Below, piece by piece: positions 1-13,476 of a stretch of DNA of 64,000 nucleotides. Source of the DNA: Selaginella moellendorffii (Eukaryota > Plantae > Lycopodiophyta); assembly GCF_000143415.4 (NCBI RefSeq), contig NW_003314349.1, positions 257,172 through 321,171 of the forward strand, in the 5' to 3' direction. Made by a program: the position numbers and the translations under genes. Position 1 is the first letter of the stretch; each line of letters starts with the position of its first letter. The notes under the pieces are model-generated. The model made no database searches. It worked only from the letters and a program-made list of their open reading frames with translations, and was not told where the DNA came from.

Positions 1-1105
1 ATTAATGGATTACTATTTATAGAATGAATGATCCAGATGCAGGAGTTCTCCATCAGCTTTCCACGTTAACTAGAAGATCATTTATAATTATGACAAGAGA
101 TATTGGATACTATCGGCTGAGAATCTTTGTATACTTTATGCTTAGCATCGTTATTGGCAGTATATATTTTAATGTTGGCACTAAATACAACTCCATTGCA
201 GTAAGAGAATACCAAAAAATATTCCTAACCATGGTTAAGCTCGTTTGTTTTTTTTTTAAGGCAAGGATTGGCTGTATGGCTTTTATTGGTAAATTTCTTA
301 CATTTATGTCAATTGGAGGTTTTCCATCTTTCATTGAAGAGATTAAGGTATAGGATAGTTCTCAATTGTCTTGCTTTCATATCCAGTGATATTTTCTTCA
401 GGTTTTTAATCATGAGAAACAAAATGGTTACTATGGTCTCATTGTGTTTACTCTCTCAAACACACTTTCTTCCATTCCTTATATCCTTCATATTTCATTG
501 ATATAAACAAGTGTATTTTATAATATGGTTAAACTCCACCCAGGCTTTGATCACTTCATTTTTTTTTGTGTTGAAATTATTTGCAACTGTGACTGTGGTG
601 GAGAGCTTGATGATGTGTGTAGGATCAATTGTTCCCAATTTTCTCATGGGAATAATTACAGGATCTGGAATCTTGGTAAAATCTCTTTATATTTCTTAAA
701 CTGTTTCTAATGCGATTTTTCAGGGGTTATTCATGCTTGTTGACGGATTTTTTAAACTTGCTAATGAACTGCCAAAAGGCTTTTGGAAATATCCAATGCA
801 TTATATAGCATTTCAAACATATTTATTTCAGGTTAAACAAATATTATTTATTTTCCAAAAAATTATAACAGGGTCTTTATGAAAATGATTTTCAAGGGCT
901 TGAGTTTCTATCTGGAACAACAATTCTTAAACAATATCAAATAGATCTCTCAAGATCTAAATGGTTGAACTTTATAATCCTGTTAAGCATGATTTTGGTT
1001 TATCGAGGAATTTTTATTACTATCATCAAACTCACTCAGCTCATAGATGGGAAAATTCTGATGTTTAAAATTAATAGTAGGACCTCTAAGAAAATAAATG
1101 CTTAA
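1..1105 (+). pseudogene. ABCG half-transporter, 3' part (TMD exons), frameshifted copy
   Basis: Near-identical to 18071-19215 but with a 7-nt deletion near 40 (gatgc|aggag vs gatgcctcaagcaggag), an extra T in the poly-T near 560, and a deletion near 908. Stop TAA at 1103-1105. The 5' part lies outside the window. Confidence 0.85.
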
Positions 1106-1634
1106 AATTAAAAGTATGGCTTCGTGAGCTTGTCATTCACGTTTCACTTGTCATATTTATAAATGATCTTCTGGCATCTAGTAAGTGTCACCCAAATTGT
1201 CTTCAACCTTCACCTAACTTTTGTGTGGGGTGGAGTTCAAATGCAAACTGAGAACTAGAACATAATATGCTTTTGTAAGAAATGCATTTGTAAGCACTTT
1301 GATTGCTTCGTAATTATCTTTTGAGTTAGCCAAATGCCTTAGTCTAATATCTTCCTGTTCAGATCATTAAGAAAAATTTCCTAAAAAGCTATACAGATGA
1401 AAATACCTTAAACACTGTCAAAGTCCAAGTCGATAATTCTAAGAAGAATACCATGCTATCTTCCATGGTATTTCCAAAATATACACTTGAGAGATTAAGA
1501 AAAGATTATTAAACTGCTAAAACACTTTGCTACTTGTCTGATGAATTTGACATGATAAAAGTGCGCCTACATTTGCACAGAAAATCATCAAATAAATCAG
1601 ACATAATAATTACTTCTCTAAACCACTAAGACAT

Positions 1635-1980
1635 GACTGCGTTTGAGTGTCCAAAGCAATGCTCACTCTTCATTTCTTCCCTCCACTCAATCCATGCGAG
1701 AACCACTGTCTCCAAGCCCCATCTCACTGTCAACCATCTCCTCTTTTGGCTGCGTGGTAGGCTGCCTCAAATAAGCAGAGTAAGTGATTGTCTCCAGAAC
1801 AGTGAGCTTTCCCAGCAAAGCATGCTCTTGATTTACATAAGCATCTGATAGAAAGCTTGAGAATCACTAAATCAAATGTTTATACACACCGCAGTTCCAT
1901 GCCTCATGTTTGTCTGGAAATTCCCATTGGATCCTTCTCGCGTACCTGTGATGAACGACAATGCAAGAATCTTAGTCTCA
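1635..1980 (-). pseudogene. Inverted degenerate fragment of ABCG exons 2-3 (NBD)
   Basis: Reverse complement matches 16975-17365 (gagattcttgcattgtcgttcatcacagg..., ggagacaatcacttactctgc, ggattgagtggaggg) with deletions. Confidence 0.8.
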
Positions 1981-2136
1981 AACACATGATCAATCTTTAG
2001 AAAACTCTCAGAATGTACGTCGAGCAAGGTTTGACTTTCCTGATCTCAAGATTTAAAAGTCGACAAACAAAACTAGCAAGAGGCCAATTCTTTTCAAACT
2101 TTCTAAAGGTTTGTCCCATCCAGTCTTGCCGTGGCT

Positions 2137-3629
2137 ATGGCTTCTCAAGGTACGTCGTCTCCAAATATTCATGTCCTCGCATTTCCCGTCCCAGGCCAGG
2201 GACACATCACTCCGATGATGCATCTCTGTAAAAAGATCGCCGCTCGAGATGGATTCACCGTCTCGTTCGTCAATGTCGACAGCCTCCACGACGAGATGAT
2301 CAAGCACTGGAGAGCTCCACCCAATACGGACCTCCGCCTCGTCTCAATCCCACTCTCCTGGAAGATCCCACACGGCCTGGATGCTTACACTCTCACTCAC
2401 TTGGGTGAGTTCTTCAAGACCACCACCGAGATGATCCCAGCTCTCGAGCATCTCGTCTCCAAACTCTCTCTCGAGATCTCGCCGGTCCGCTGCATAATCT
2501 CGGACTACTTCTTCTTCTGGACCCAGGACGTTGCTGATAAGTTCGGGATTCCAAGGATTGTTCTGTGGCCTGGATCCGCTGCCTGGACCACGATTGAGTA
2601 TCACATACCCGAGCTCATCGCCGGAGGCCATGTCTTTCCCAGCTTGACCGAAGGTAACTCCACTTTCAATGGCATTCACATACGCCTCAAAATTTTGCAG
2701 CGAAGAAGCTTGTCGCGGATGAATCTGTAGTGGGGATTATCAAGGGACTGGGACCTCTTCATCAAGCCGACATACCTCTCTACTTGCAAGCTGACGATCA
2801 TCTCTGGGCGGAGTACTCCGTGCAGCGAGTCCCCTACATCCGCAAGGCCTCCTGCGTGCTCGTCAACTCCTTTTACGATCTGGAGCCGGAAGCTTCCGAC
2901 TTCATGGCGGCCGAGCTCCGCAAAGGTGGCACGGAGTTTCTCTCCGTCGGTCCGATGTTTCTCCTGGACGAGCAGACCTCCGAGATCGGACCAACCAACG
3001 TGGTGCTCAGGAACGAGGACGACGAGTGCCTGCGGTGGCTCGACAAGCAGGAAAAGGCTTCCGTTCTCTACATATCTTTTGGCAGCATTGCGGTCGTGAC
3101 TGTCGAACAGTTTGAGGAGATTGCGGTGGGACTGGAAGCAATCGGAAAGCCTTTCCTGTGGGTTTTACGGCCAGAACTTCTCATTGGCAATCCGGTAGAG
3201 AAGTATAAGGAATTCTGCGAACGTACCTCCAAGCAGGGATTTACTGTGTCCTGGGCACCGCAGCTACGAGTTCTGAAACACCCCTCCATCGCTGCGCACC
3301 TCAGTCACTGCGGCTGGAACTCGGTGCTGGAAAGTATCAGCAATGGAGTGCCCCTCATGTGTTGCCCTTGGGGAGCTGAGCAAAACACCAACGCAAAGCT
3401 GGTTATACATGACTGGAAGATTGGAGCTGGATTTGCAAGAGGGGCGAATGGACTGATCGGCAGAGGCGACATCGAAAAGACGCTGCGGGAGGTGATGGAT
3501 GGGGAAAGAGGGAAGCAGATGAAAGACGCTGTTGAGGTGCTGAAGTGCAAGGCAAGGAAAGCTGTGGAGAGTGATGGTCGATCCGCTGCGAGCTTGGATG
3601 ATTTTCTTAAAGGCCTCAGCAGCCAGTGA
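2137..3629 (+). CDS. UDP-glycosyltransferase (GT family 1), 2 exons (2137-2653, 2701-3629), ~481 aa
   Basis: N-terminal HVLAFPVPGQGHITPM with catalytic His, CIISDYFFFW, and PSPG box WAPQLRVLKHPSIAAHLSHCGWNSVLESISNGVPLMCCPWGAEQ. A 47-bp GT-AG intron joins the two ORFs in frame. Confidence 0.95.
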
Positions 3630-3944
3630 TGCGATGATAAGTTATCACTGCAAGTGCTAGTGTGAGATGGCAAACATGTGAAAAACTTACATGCCACGAA
3701 TCTGTCAAGCTTGACAAAACATGAAGAGAATAAAATAGTCGTCTAGCTTGCAACGCCTTTGTTGACTGGAGAAAACAAGACAGAATCCACCGTTGAATAG
3801 CGCTGACCACTTGTAAATGCCTTGATGTGCCAGTGTTTGATCAGGCCACGACGAGGCATGGGCTAGAGCAGTGAAGGCTGAAAAGGAACAGTAGGAATAG
3901 TGCCACTACGTTAAGTGCCTGCTTGTTCTATATGGACATCATGC

Positions 3945-4770
3945 CATCCTATGTGTTTGCAAAATATCTCAAATCTGCCATGTGGCTTGCCTAGGTAAGT
4001 CCTTCTAAGAAATGTGGAAGCAACTATAGCAAGGGAGGTTAGGCAATACAAGGCTACCCAACTCGCTTGTTGGCCAAAAAGACTAATTGGTCGAGCTAAA
4101 AAGTGCATAAAAAATCTTGTGTGAGAGAGGAGGATGTAATGTGATTAGAGAGACTTTAAGCCACCATGTTTCCACCAGCCAGCCACAAGCCATTCTAGAA
4201 CTGGGAAGATGGGGGCTCCAAAGCACCAAAAAAGGTGCATTTGCCCCAATTGCCCCACACATTTGCAGGGAAGAGCCTGAAAACATTATCTTACTAATCA
4301 GATATGCTTAGGGCCACTATGTTACTGCCAATAGACCATGAGCCTCTCTTTTCTATTCTAGAATTTTCCCTCAATCTCTCTCAATCCTCTCATTAGAACA
4401 CTTTGAAAATATGACTCCTCAAGAACACTTTTAAAATTAAGATTATTGTCTTAGGGCCACTATGTTGCTAGAGAAATCTCACAGCTTACAAGTGGCAACA
4501 TGGTGGCCCTAAGTTTGTGTGTGAGCATTTCATGGCTGACTAGAAAACACTCTCCATTCTAAGATCTACCAGAACATTATTAAACACTTGATCTACCAGA
4601 ACATTATTAAACACTTTTAAATGCTTCTAGAAAAGTGAGGTCTAACCTATTACTATCACCATCCTCCTCATTATATCCCTAAAGTTGGATTGCAAGTCTT
4701 CATCCACACTATGTCTCATAGTGAAGATATTAGGCACCTAAATCACAAAAGAATATCCTAATAGATCTCA
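3945..4770 (+). repeat. Diverged repeat (probably retroelement-derived), inverted partner of 7840-8525
   Basis: Shared blocks such as ctagaatt(t/c)tccctcaatctctctcaatcc...cctcaagaacactttta and aaatcacaaaagaatatcctaat occur reverse-complemented at 7840-8525. Confidence 0.7.
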
Positions 4771-5374
4771 TTTCCTTACTTTAGTGCCAGATGATTAAAA
4801 CACGCTATTGACTATAGATAGTACAACTATATTATCTTGCCACCACTTAGGATGTAATGCTAATTGCATCCTCACCAAAATCTTACTCAATTTATAAATT
4901 CCACTCTAATTGACAAATATAAAATTTTCTGTCTTGAAAGTTGCTATTCTGGCATCACTTTGCTTCCTTTAGCTATTCTCTTTTATTAAACTTATAAATT
5001 CCTTTTCAGCTTGCATCCCAAAAATCTTTGCATCCAAGGAAATTATTTTCTTTTTGTTACAACATCTTTTTCATCTCAAGCTTAACCATTTGGGATCTCC
5101 TTTCAACTTCTTGTCTATTCATTACCACTTTTGGCTCTTTATATCTGTCTACTCCTAATGTTCAAATTTTTTTTTTCTTTAGCTTTACATGTTTACTAAT
5201 GTATAAAACAGACTAAAAGGCAAGATACCTAGGGCTCCAATTCATATTCATTTTTTTCCTGAGCATGTATCAAATATTAAAGACAAAAGATATTCTATGA
5301 TGGTCATTGTAACAGCTACCCAAAAATTCTAAACAATCACTTTTCGTTCTGATCTCGTCTTACCAGCTTGCCAA

Positions 5375-5859
5375 ATCAAAGCATGCTATACTGCTCCATG
5401 TTTGTGTAGAAGGCGAGCGATGGCTGGTATCCCCCGTTAGCTTTGGACGGCGTGCATGCAGCGAGGTGCTTCATGTCGATCAATCCATCATCGGTCAGAA
5501 TAACCTGTAGTTTAAACAGTTGACAGATTGTCAGCAAGACTTTGCCTCGGGGAAGATGATGTTCGTTACAAACGGCACACACCGCCGAAACCCCTCACGA
5601 GCAGACACACAGCTCGGCGGAGGTCTGCTCGACACGGGGGACACGGGCGGTTATGAACACCTGTCATCGATGCCACGGATGAGTCTCTCATTTGGGGTGG
5701 CACCGACAAGCCCAAAAGTTCGTGGAGCTTTTTCACAGCTGCAGTGGTTCCAGAGTCGCAGAAGAAGAGAGCATCGTCCTTGGTTCCTCCAAGGGACTCC
5801 TTGACATAACTCGTGGCCAGTTTCACCATCCGGGTGGTCTTCTCTCCGACGTAGCTGTC
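5375..5859 (-). pseudogene. Internal fragment of the class-V aminotransferase/cysteine desulfurase-like gene
   Basis: DSYVGEKTTRMVKLATSYVKESLGGTKDDALFFCDSGTTAAVKKLHELLGL, with frameshifts downstream. 5187-5859 is an inverted copy of 22037-22710. Confidence 0.85.
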
Positions 5860-7430
5860 TAACGAAAGGTGAAACCGTGTGATGGTGCTCAAGATCCGTC
5901 ATAGCATATATGGAATGGAAAATGTACATATGTGTGACATGGTGAACCGGTGAAGACTCGTGTCTCTCCACGTGGACTAGCCACGTGGCACAGGGCCACT
6001 CTCAACACTCCCACTGGCACTGTGGCCATCAAATTCAATCGCCAAATCGTGGAGCCAGCATGTTGTGAAAGCTCGCACGCCAGGGTCTTGGCAACCACGG
6101 CAGTGGAGAAAGTCCCAGCCCTTCGCGATGGACTTGAAATCGATCTCGGGGTAGTGCTTTTGTGAAGATATCTGCAACCTGAGTGGTCGTGTCGCAGTAG
6201 ATCAGCTCAATTGTGCCATCTTCCACTTTCTCACGAACAAAATGATGATGAATCCCAAAGTGTTTGGTGCGTGAATGAAAGTGAGGATTGGCCGCTAACG
6301 CAATGCAGCTTTGATTGTCACAGAAGAGGCGAGTGGGAGTCTTCACACTCACACCAAGGTTAGAAAGTAGTGAGCGTAACCACACACCTTCTTTGGTAGC
6401 TTGTGAGGCTGCCAAATATTCTGCTTCAGTACTAGAGGTTGCCACTGTACTTTGCTTCCTGCTGCACCACGAGACTGTCGCACTGCCCAGGGAAAACGAA
6501 TAGCCAGAGGTGGACTTGCGTGTGTCACAGTCTCCCCCAAAATCAGCATCACAGTAGCCCGTGAGGGTAAGCGCTTTTCCCTGGTAGCACAATCCAAGGT
6601 AAGGAGTACCTCGAAGGTACCTGAAGATGCGTTTCACCGCTGCCCAATGTTGAGATCCAGGATTAGCCAGGAATTGGCTAACTTTGCTCACGGCAAAAGA
6701 AATATCTGGGCACGTACAAACAGCTGGATACATGAGACTGCCAACAGCTTGTCTGTAAGGGATGGAGTCCATGGCTCTCTTGTCGTCCTCTGTCTCAGGA
6801 GACATGGCTCGTGAAAGCTGGCAGCCTAGTTCCATTGGTGTCGCCACTGGATTAGAGCTCGTCATAGAAAACCTGGCCAGCATCTCTTCTATATACTTGG
6901 CTTGGTGAAGATAGATAGTGCGTTGAGAGCGATCACACACAAGTTCCATGCCAAGAAAGTAGGAAGCCGAGCCAAGAGTTTTCATCTCAAATTGGCTGCA
7001 AAGATCTCGCTTAACCTGGAGAAACATTAAGCGATGATTATGGATGACAAGAGTATCATCAACATAAAGAGCGATGATCACAAATGATTCACCCTCCACC
7101 CGAATATAAAGATTCGGGTCTGCCTCGCTACGGGAAAAGCCCACACTTAGTATAAAATCATCAAAGCGTTTGTACCAAGATCTGGGTGCTTGTTTCAAGC
7201 CGTAGACAGCTTTCTTGAGAAGCCAGAGATGATCCTCTTTTCCAGCGGCTAGAAATCCTTCTGGCTGTGCCATATAGATTTCTTCTTCAAGCGCGCCATA
7301 AAGAAACGCCGTGGTCACATCCATCTGTTCCAGATCAAAGTCTCCCACCGCAGCAAAATTAATCAAGGAACGAAGAGTAGAATGCTTAACCACTAGAGCA
7401 AAGGTGTTGTTGTAGTCAGGTCCAGGAACT
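5860..7430 (-). mobile_element. Ty1/Copia retrotransposon 3' part (RT-RNase H ORF ending at 6035, PPT, short 3' LTR ~5860-6007), 5'-truncated
   Basis: QMDVTTAFLYG, LKKAVYGLKQAPRSWY, LYVDD, YRQAVGSLMY, GYCDADFGGD, SSTEAEY, CDNQSCI, RTKHF, QVADIFTKAL. On the minus strand a purine tract gtgggag is followed by TGTTGA at 6007. Confidence 0.92.
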
Positions 7431-7439
7431 TTCGAGCAT

Positions 7440-7785
7440 CCTTTCGAGCTGCAACTCTCACAAGAGCCTTGCTCTCTTGACACCCTACCCCTCAGGTCAA
7501 GCCTAGCTGGGAGCAAACTAAACTTACCAAATATCAATCAATATGTGGTGTGATTCCCTTAGCGAACCAATAAAGTCGAACCCAAGACTTTTTTGATACC
7601 AAATATAAGCTTCTAAATTTGGACTTCCCGACCCAATATTATTCAAACCCAAGGATATTTAACCCCATTATCCTAAAACCCTTAATCGATTGGAAAAAGG
7701 GATGCACTTTTGTTTATGAGCCTTTTCCTTCTATATTTGAACCTCTATAGTTCATCTCTCAAATCATTCCCTTTGGTTGTTTACA
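7440..7785 (-). mobile_element. Cassandra-like TRIM remnant: LTR 7604-7785, tRNA-Met PBS, internal segment
   Basis: LTR is homologous to 63107-63301. gatacca (reverse complement of TGGTATC) abuts the LTR. Internal ctctcttgacaccctaccc is shared with 47440-47535. Confidence 0.7.
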
Positions 7786-7839
7786 CTCTAATACTGTCCA
7801 AACTAGAAACAGTTGAAATGGCAGTAAGGCAAGGAGAGG

Positions 7840-8525
7840 AGATCCATTAGGATATTCTTTTGTGATTTGGGTGCCAAGATCTTCACTATAAAACAAAGTG
7901 TAAATAAAGATTTACAATCAGGTTTTAGGGATTTAGAAAGGAGGATGACTCCAAAAAGGGTTAGACTAGGCCTCACCCCTTTCCAAAAGCATTTAAAGTG
8001 TTTAATAATGTTCTTGTAAAACTTAGAATGGAGAGTGTTTTCCAAAGAGATATCACAACTAGTGAATAATAACATGATGGCTATGAGCTTGTGTATGAGC
8101 TAGCTAATGGCAACACAATGGCCTTGGGACAGTAATCTTGATTCTAAAAGTGTTCTTGAGGACTCATATCTTCAAAGTGTTCTCTTGGAAGGATTGAGAG
8201 AGATTGAGGGAGAATTCTAGAGTAGGAAAGAGAGGCTCATAGTCTGTTGGCAGCAATATAGTGGCTTTAAGCATATTTGAGTAGCAAGAGGGTGTTTTTA
8301 AGCTCTTTCCTACAAGTGTGTATGATAGTGAAACAATTAGATGCAATATTCCTTCTACACAATGCAATAAAGAATTAGCACTCCTAGCTTGATTAGTTGG
8401 TTTTTTTAGCAATGAATGCCTTGGATTTGCTTGGCCTCCCCTTTTATAGCCACTTTTGCATTTCTTGGAGGGACTTGCCTAGACAAGCCATGTGGAAGAT
8501 TTGAGATATTCAGCAAACATATGGG
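7840..8525 (-). repeat. Diverged repeat, inverted partner of 3945-4770
   Basis: Reverse-complement similarity to 3945-4770 over several blocks. Confidence 0.7.
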
Positions 8526-9130
8526 CAAATTTAATTGTTAGGTTTGCCTTAATATCAGAGGAGAAGAGTTTTACATCCTACACATATGGATATAGTGGAA
8601 GAGTTTGGAAGATATTACTATTCTCTAATCTAGAGAGTAGTGAGTTGGTTCAGGAAGATTCTCAAAAGAAAGTATTTGTAAGAATAGTAGGTAAGAGTTC
8701 AATTCTAGGAGCATCAAAGGTCATGAACAGGATTTTATCAAGATTTTCTTTAAAAGAAGTGAGTAGAGATTTCTTGAGGACATAAGAAATATATAATATA
8801 TGGATAGTGGTATCATATAAGATGCCTTAGTCAAAAGATGGGTAAAGAAATAAGGTATACCCTTTTCGTGAAAAAATGAGGAATCATAATATATCTTTTA
8901 CAGTATAAATAAGAAGATAGAAAAGAACCATTCTCTACAAAGGAGTGTAGAATAGAAGTAGATATGACAAAGATGAGTGCAAAAGCTTTTGGAAAGGGGG
9001 ATAAAGTGGAATGAGTCTAGACAAGCTTTTGAGATTTCAATAATGAAGGGTTGATTGTTGAGGAGATAAGTGGGTGGAAAAGCAATAGTGACTATAGAAA
9101 TTACAAGTCACAAAGGAGTTATGAAAATTC

Positions 9131-10700
9131 CTATTCCATATTTATAGCATGAAGCCTCTCAACTGCTTTGTCTGGCAAAAACTCAATTAACACATAAGGT
9201 GATTTATATATTCCAAACATAGGCAAAAATTGAGTTATAACTCTTATTCTAATAATTGTATAATTTTGCCTATATGCAAAATATTGACTATCTGGGAATT
9301 ATCTTTTGTAAGGAGGTTTACGTCTCACAAAGGGTCACACCTTACAAAAGGTGTTTCATGCCTAAAGTGATGAGTATTTCCCCTCTTTATATAATAGATA
9401 AGCTTTGATTAATTCGTTTAAGTGTACTAAACATAAAGTGGTTTGAACGGTTATAATGGTTCATAATAACTATTTCCAAATTTTCAATTTTATGAGTTTT
9501 GTTTGAGTCTTATAAGTTTTTGTAATATGCATAGAAGACTTAAACTCGGGACAAGTCTATTCTAAAACTGTATATAAGTAGTAGTTAATGCTAAAGGACC
9601 TTGGATCAAAGTCTTGAGACAACACAATGTTTTAATTATGATTTTGCTTCTATTAAAGCCTCATAAGATTTGGATGAATAGTTCCTCAATTTATTCTTCA
9701 CTAAGACTGGCTTTAACTCTCTTTAAACTGGAGTCAAAAACAAAAGTTATAAGTGCCCAATTTTCCTACTTATGTATGCCTAGAAAAATTGTGACACGCT
9801 ACTAAAAAAAGTGTCTTTTAAAAATCTAAGTGAGAATTTGCTTAGAGGGAAAGAATTCTAGAGTAGTTGATTGTGTCTTCCATATCAAACAAACTCCATT
9901 CCTTTTTTTTTATAGATTTTTCTCAAGAAATTGTCAGTAAAACAATTTAAACTTGAGTTTTTTAGTAATGTATGTTGTACTTCAATTTTAAACTTGTCCT
10001 ATGCTCTATAGCTTTAGTGATAGTTGAAAAACTATATTTCTTATGTTGTTTAGGCACTAAGCCACTGCAATTACTAAAAGACATTTTTCGTTCATTGTTG
10101 TCTAGGCTTAAGGCCTTTAGAATCATTGAAATGATCTACTTATGAATCCTAATGCTTGACATGTTTGGAATTCACAAGGAATTTTCTCTCAATTGTTTTT
10201 CAAGCTAAAGAGTGATGGCTTATCCTACCATAGTTGTTAAAAGTGAGTAAGGTTTTTTCTACCTGTACTCATGTTCTTGCCCATGCTTGCAAAATAGTGA
10301 CAAAAAACATAGATGAGAATGTAAAAAAAAAAAAGTGAAGAAGATAGAAAATAATAGAACTCAGCCTCAAACCCCAAAGGCGTGAGTAATAATAAGTATA
10401 TGTCATTTTTTAACTTTACTTTGTACAAACAATCATAAATGGGAGAAAAAATGGTTAATTCAATGCAAATGCATACAATAGTGAGCGAGGGTTGTTTTTT
10501 AGCACGTCTAAGTGTTATTTATATACTACATGATTTTATAACTGTTTTTAACTATTTCATGTTTGTCTATGACAAGCATTGCTTAAGTCAAGTTTTCTTT
10601 TTTGGATACTTAAGCTTAGGCATAATCTCATTTCATCTAAACTTCCTTCTTCTGCTCTGCTTGGGAAGATATACAAAATAAAACATTTACCTCTTCATCA
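9131..10700 (-). mobile_element. Gypsy 5' end: 5' LTR 10244-10700 plus degenerate leader/gag, truncated
   Basis: 457-bp TG...CA LTR homologous to 26938-27394 and 53633-54091, followed by AACAT (TSD variant). 9131-10700 duplicates 25611-27394. Confidence 0.7.
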
Positions 10701-10919
10701 AACATTGCCAAAGTCTGAATTGATAATTCTAAGAAGAATACCATGCTATCTTCCATGGTATTTCCAAAATATACAAGTCACTTTGCTTGAGAGGTTAAGC
10801 AAAGATTATTAAACTGCTAAAACATTGATAAAAGTGCACCTAGATCTAATCACATATCAAGCCACAGAAAATCATCAAATAAATCAGACATAATAATTAC
10901 TTCTCTAAACCACTAAAAG

Positions 10920-11280
10920 ATGACTGTGTTTGGGTGTCCAAAGCAATGCTCAGTCTTCATTTCTTCCCTCCACTCAATCCATGCAAGAACCACTATCTTC
11001 AAGCCCCATCTCACTGTCAACCATCTCCTCTTTTGGCTGCGTGGTAGGCTGCCTCAAATAAGCAGAGTAAGTGATTGTCTCCAGAACAGTGAGCTTTCCC
11101 AGCAAAACATGCTCTTGATTTACATAAGCATCTGATAGAAAGCTTCAGAATCACTAAATCAAATGTTTATACACACAGCAGTCCCATGCCTCATGTTTGT
11201 CTGGAAATTCCCATTGGATCCTTCTCGCCCCACAATCTACCTGTGATGAACGACAATGCAAGAATCTTAGTCTCAAACAC
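10920..11280 (-). pseudogene. Inverted degenerate ABCG exon 2-3 fragment
   Basis: Same fragment as 1635-1980. Contains the uninterrupted MULE target ccatCTCCTCTTttggc. Confidence 0.8.
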
Positions 11281-11418
11281 GTGCTCAATCTTTAGAGAGT
11301 CTTGCGAAGTCACTGAAAGACTCGTTGACTTTGGAGATGGGTTGCGTAAAGTATATATATCCCACCACACAAACTTTTGTTTGAATTGATGCGAAAACGA
11401 ATATAGCGCTCAAGAATC

Positions 11419-13476
11419 CTAGAGTCGGAAGGTAACGAGCTCGGGATCAATGCCGGCGGGCGCCGTGCTGCCCTGCCCTGGATCGTGAGCCAGTTGCTTG
11501 GCAATCGCCATAGCGGTACCCAGGTAATCTTTATGCTGCTGGAGCAGTGGGAGTTTGGTCCATTCCTTGTGTAATGTGGCCTTGGCGGTGGTGTTGATGC
11601 TGTTCTTCTCCTCGTATTTCCAGTTCCCAGACTGCCACTCGAACTCGTAGAGGGGGAGAAAGCGCTGGCCATAGTCCGCCACGAACTCTATGGCGCACAG
11701 CAAGAAATGGAACTCTTCCTTGGAGAGGAAGTATGCGAAGTTCAAGCGCGTCCATCCAGGTTTGACACCGCTATATCCCTGTGAGAAAAAAAAAAAGTTC
11801 TTTCCTCGTTAGAAAAAGCTTCTTGGCGAAACCTTCTATTGTTTTGCTTCTCAACCTCTTGAATTGCTGCTCGAAATTTCAGGGAGAGCTCATCACTGAC
11901 TTTGAGAAGCGAGTGGCCGTAAGGACCAGCACACGAGCACCCTCCTCTCGACTGGATCCCAAACAAATCGTTGAGGAGCTTGGCTACAAACCGGCCTTGC
12001 AGCACGGTTTGCTGGATTCCACCGTTGGAATCAGTGGTCCGGACGAGGAACGAGACGATCGCTGCTCGTTTCACTTGCTTGTTCCCGAGCACCACTATCT
12101 TTCGGTTCTTGGACAACCTTTTCAACGCGGTGGTGATGAAGATGTGCTCTCTCGACTCGATGAGACGGTATCCCATTTCTTCTTGGACAGTGAAGACAAT
12201 CCCGGCTTTTATCCGCTGGAGTATGGAAGGTGTTCCAGCGTCTTCTCGGCTTTCAATGTCCTCCAGGTAGAGTGTGTCCTGGTATGAGTTTGTTTAGTGT
12301 TGGTTTACTTTTTTCTTTCGCTGGAAAGGGAACTGACCTCTTTGTTGTAGTTGACGAAGTCTACCACTCCTCCACCTGTTGTCGACGGTGCGTGATCCTT
12401 GAGCTTGTAAAGCTTTTTGTTCATGCAAAGCAGGCCCGGTGTTCCTGGCCCTCCGACATACTTGTGTGGACTCAGCATCACAGCATCATATCCATCAGCT
12501 TTTCGCGATCGCATGTCGATCTTCACGTATGGACCGCTGTTGATCAGATTAGCTTATTTTCGTCCTTGGTAAAAGATCTCGTCTTACCAGCTTGCGAAAT
12601 CAAAACATGCTAATGCTCCATGTTTGTGTAGAAGGCGAGCGATGGCTCTAGTGTCCGCTAAAACTCCCGTGACATTACTGCAAGCGGAGAAGGAGCCAAG
12701 CATTGGACGATCTGCGTGCTTGGGATTTTGCAGCTCCTCTTCGAGGTACTTCATGTCAATCAATCCATCCTCGGTCATTGGAACTTGAATAACCTGTGGT
12801 TTAAACAGTTGACAGATTGAAAGAAACTAAAAAGTCCAACCTCGGCAAGACTTTGCCTCCAGGGAAGAAGGTTGGAATGATGCTCGTATGGGCCTATGAA
12901 CACCAGCCATCTCTTCCTGTCATCGATCGCTGCCACGGCTGACTCTCTCATTTGGGGCGGCACAGACAAGCCCAAAAGTTCGTGGAGCTTTTTCACAGCT
13001 GCAGTGGTTCCAGAGCCGCAGAAGAAGAGAGCATCATCCTCGGTTCCTCTCAGGGACTCCTTGACATAACTCGTGGCCAGTTTCACCATCCGGGTGGTCT
13101 TCTCTCCGACGTAGCTGTCCTCGGCATGCGTGTTCCCTGAAACAGAATGCAGCGGGTCCAGATATGCAGAAGAGAATTCACGGCTTCACTCACCGTAGGA
13201 CGGCATGACGTGCTTGATGAGGAAGTTTTCTATATAGAACAAGCAGCGGCCAGAGGCAGTGTAATCGGCATAAGTGAGAAGCCTGCTGCCGAATGGTGTG
13301 GAGATTTGGAGCTGGGAGCCGATGATCTGGGATCTCAGCCAGACACACTTTTGCTCATCGTCAAAGGGCCTGAAGAACTTGAAAGGATTGGGCTTGAAGT
13401 CTGGCTGCCAATCCTCCTCGATGCTGGGAGTTACCTCGCCGACCTTGGAAGCCGACTTTGGAACAAAGCACCTCAT
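11419..13476 (-). CDS. PLP-dependent aminotransferase class V / cysteine desulfurase-like protein, multi-exon
   Basis: YADYTASGR, GNTHAEDSYVG, GPYEHHSNLLPW, FSACSNVTG, FDFA, PLP-lysine SPHK, RGGCSCAGPYG, KPGWTRLNF, with short GT-AG introns. A probable upstream exon (ATG 13581) is frameshifted, so the start is uncertain. Confidence 0.88.
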
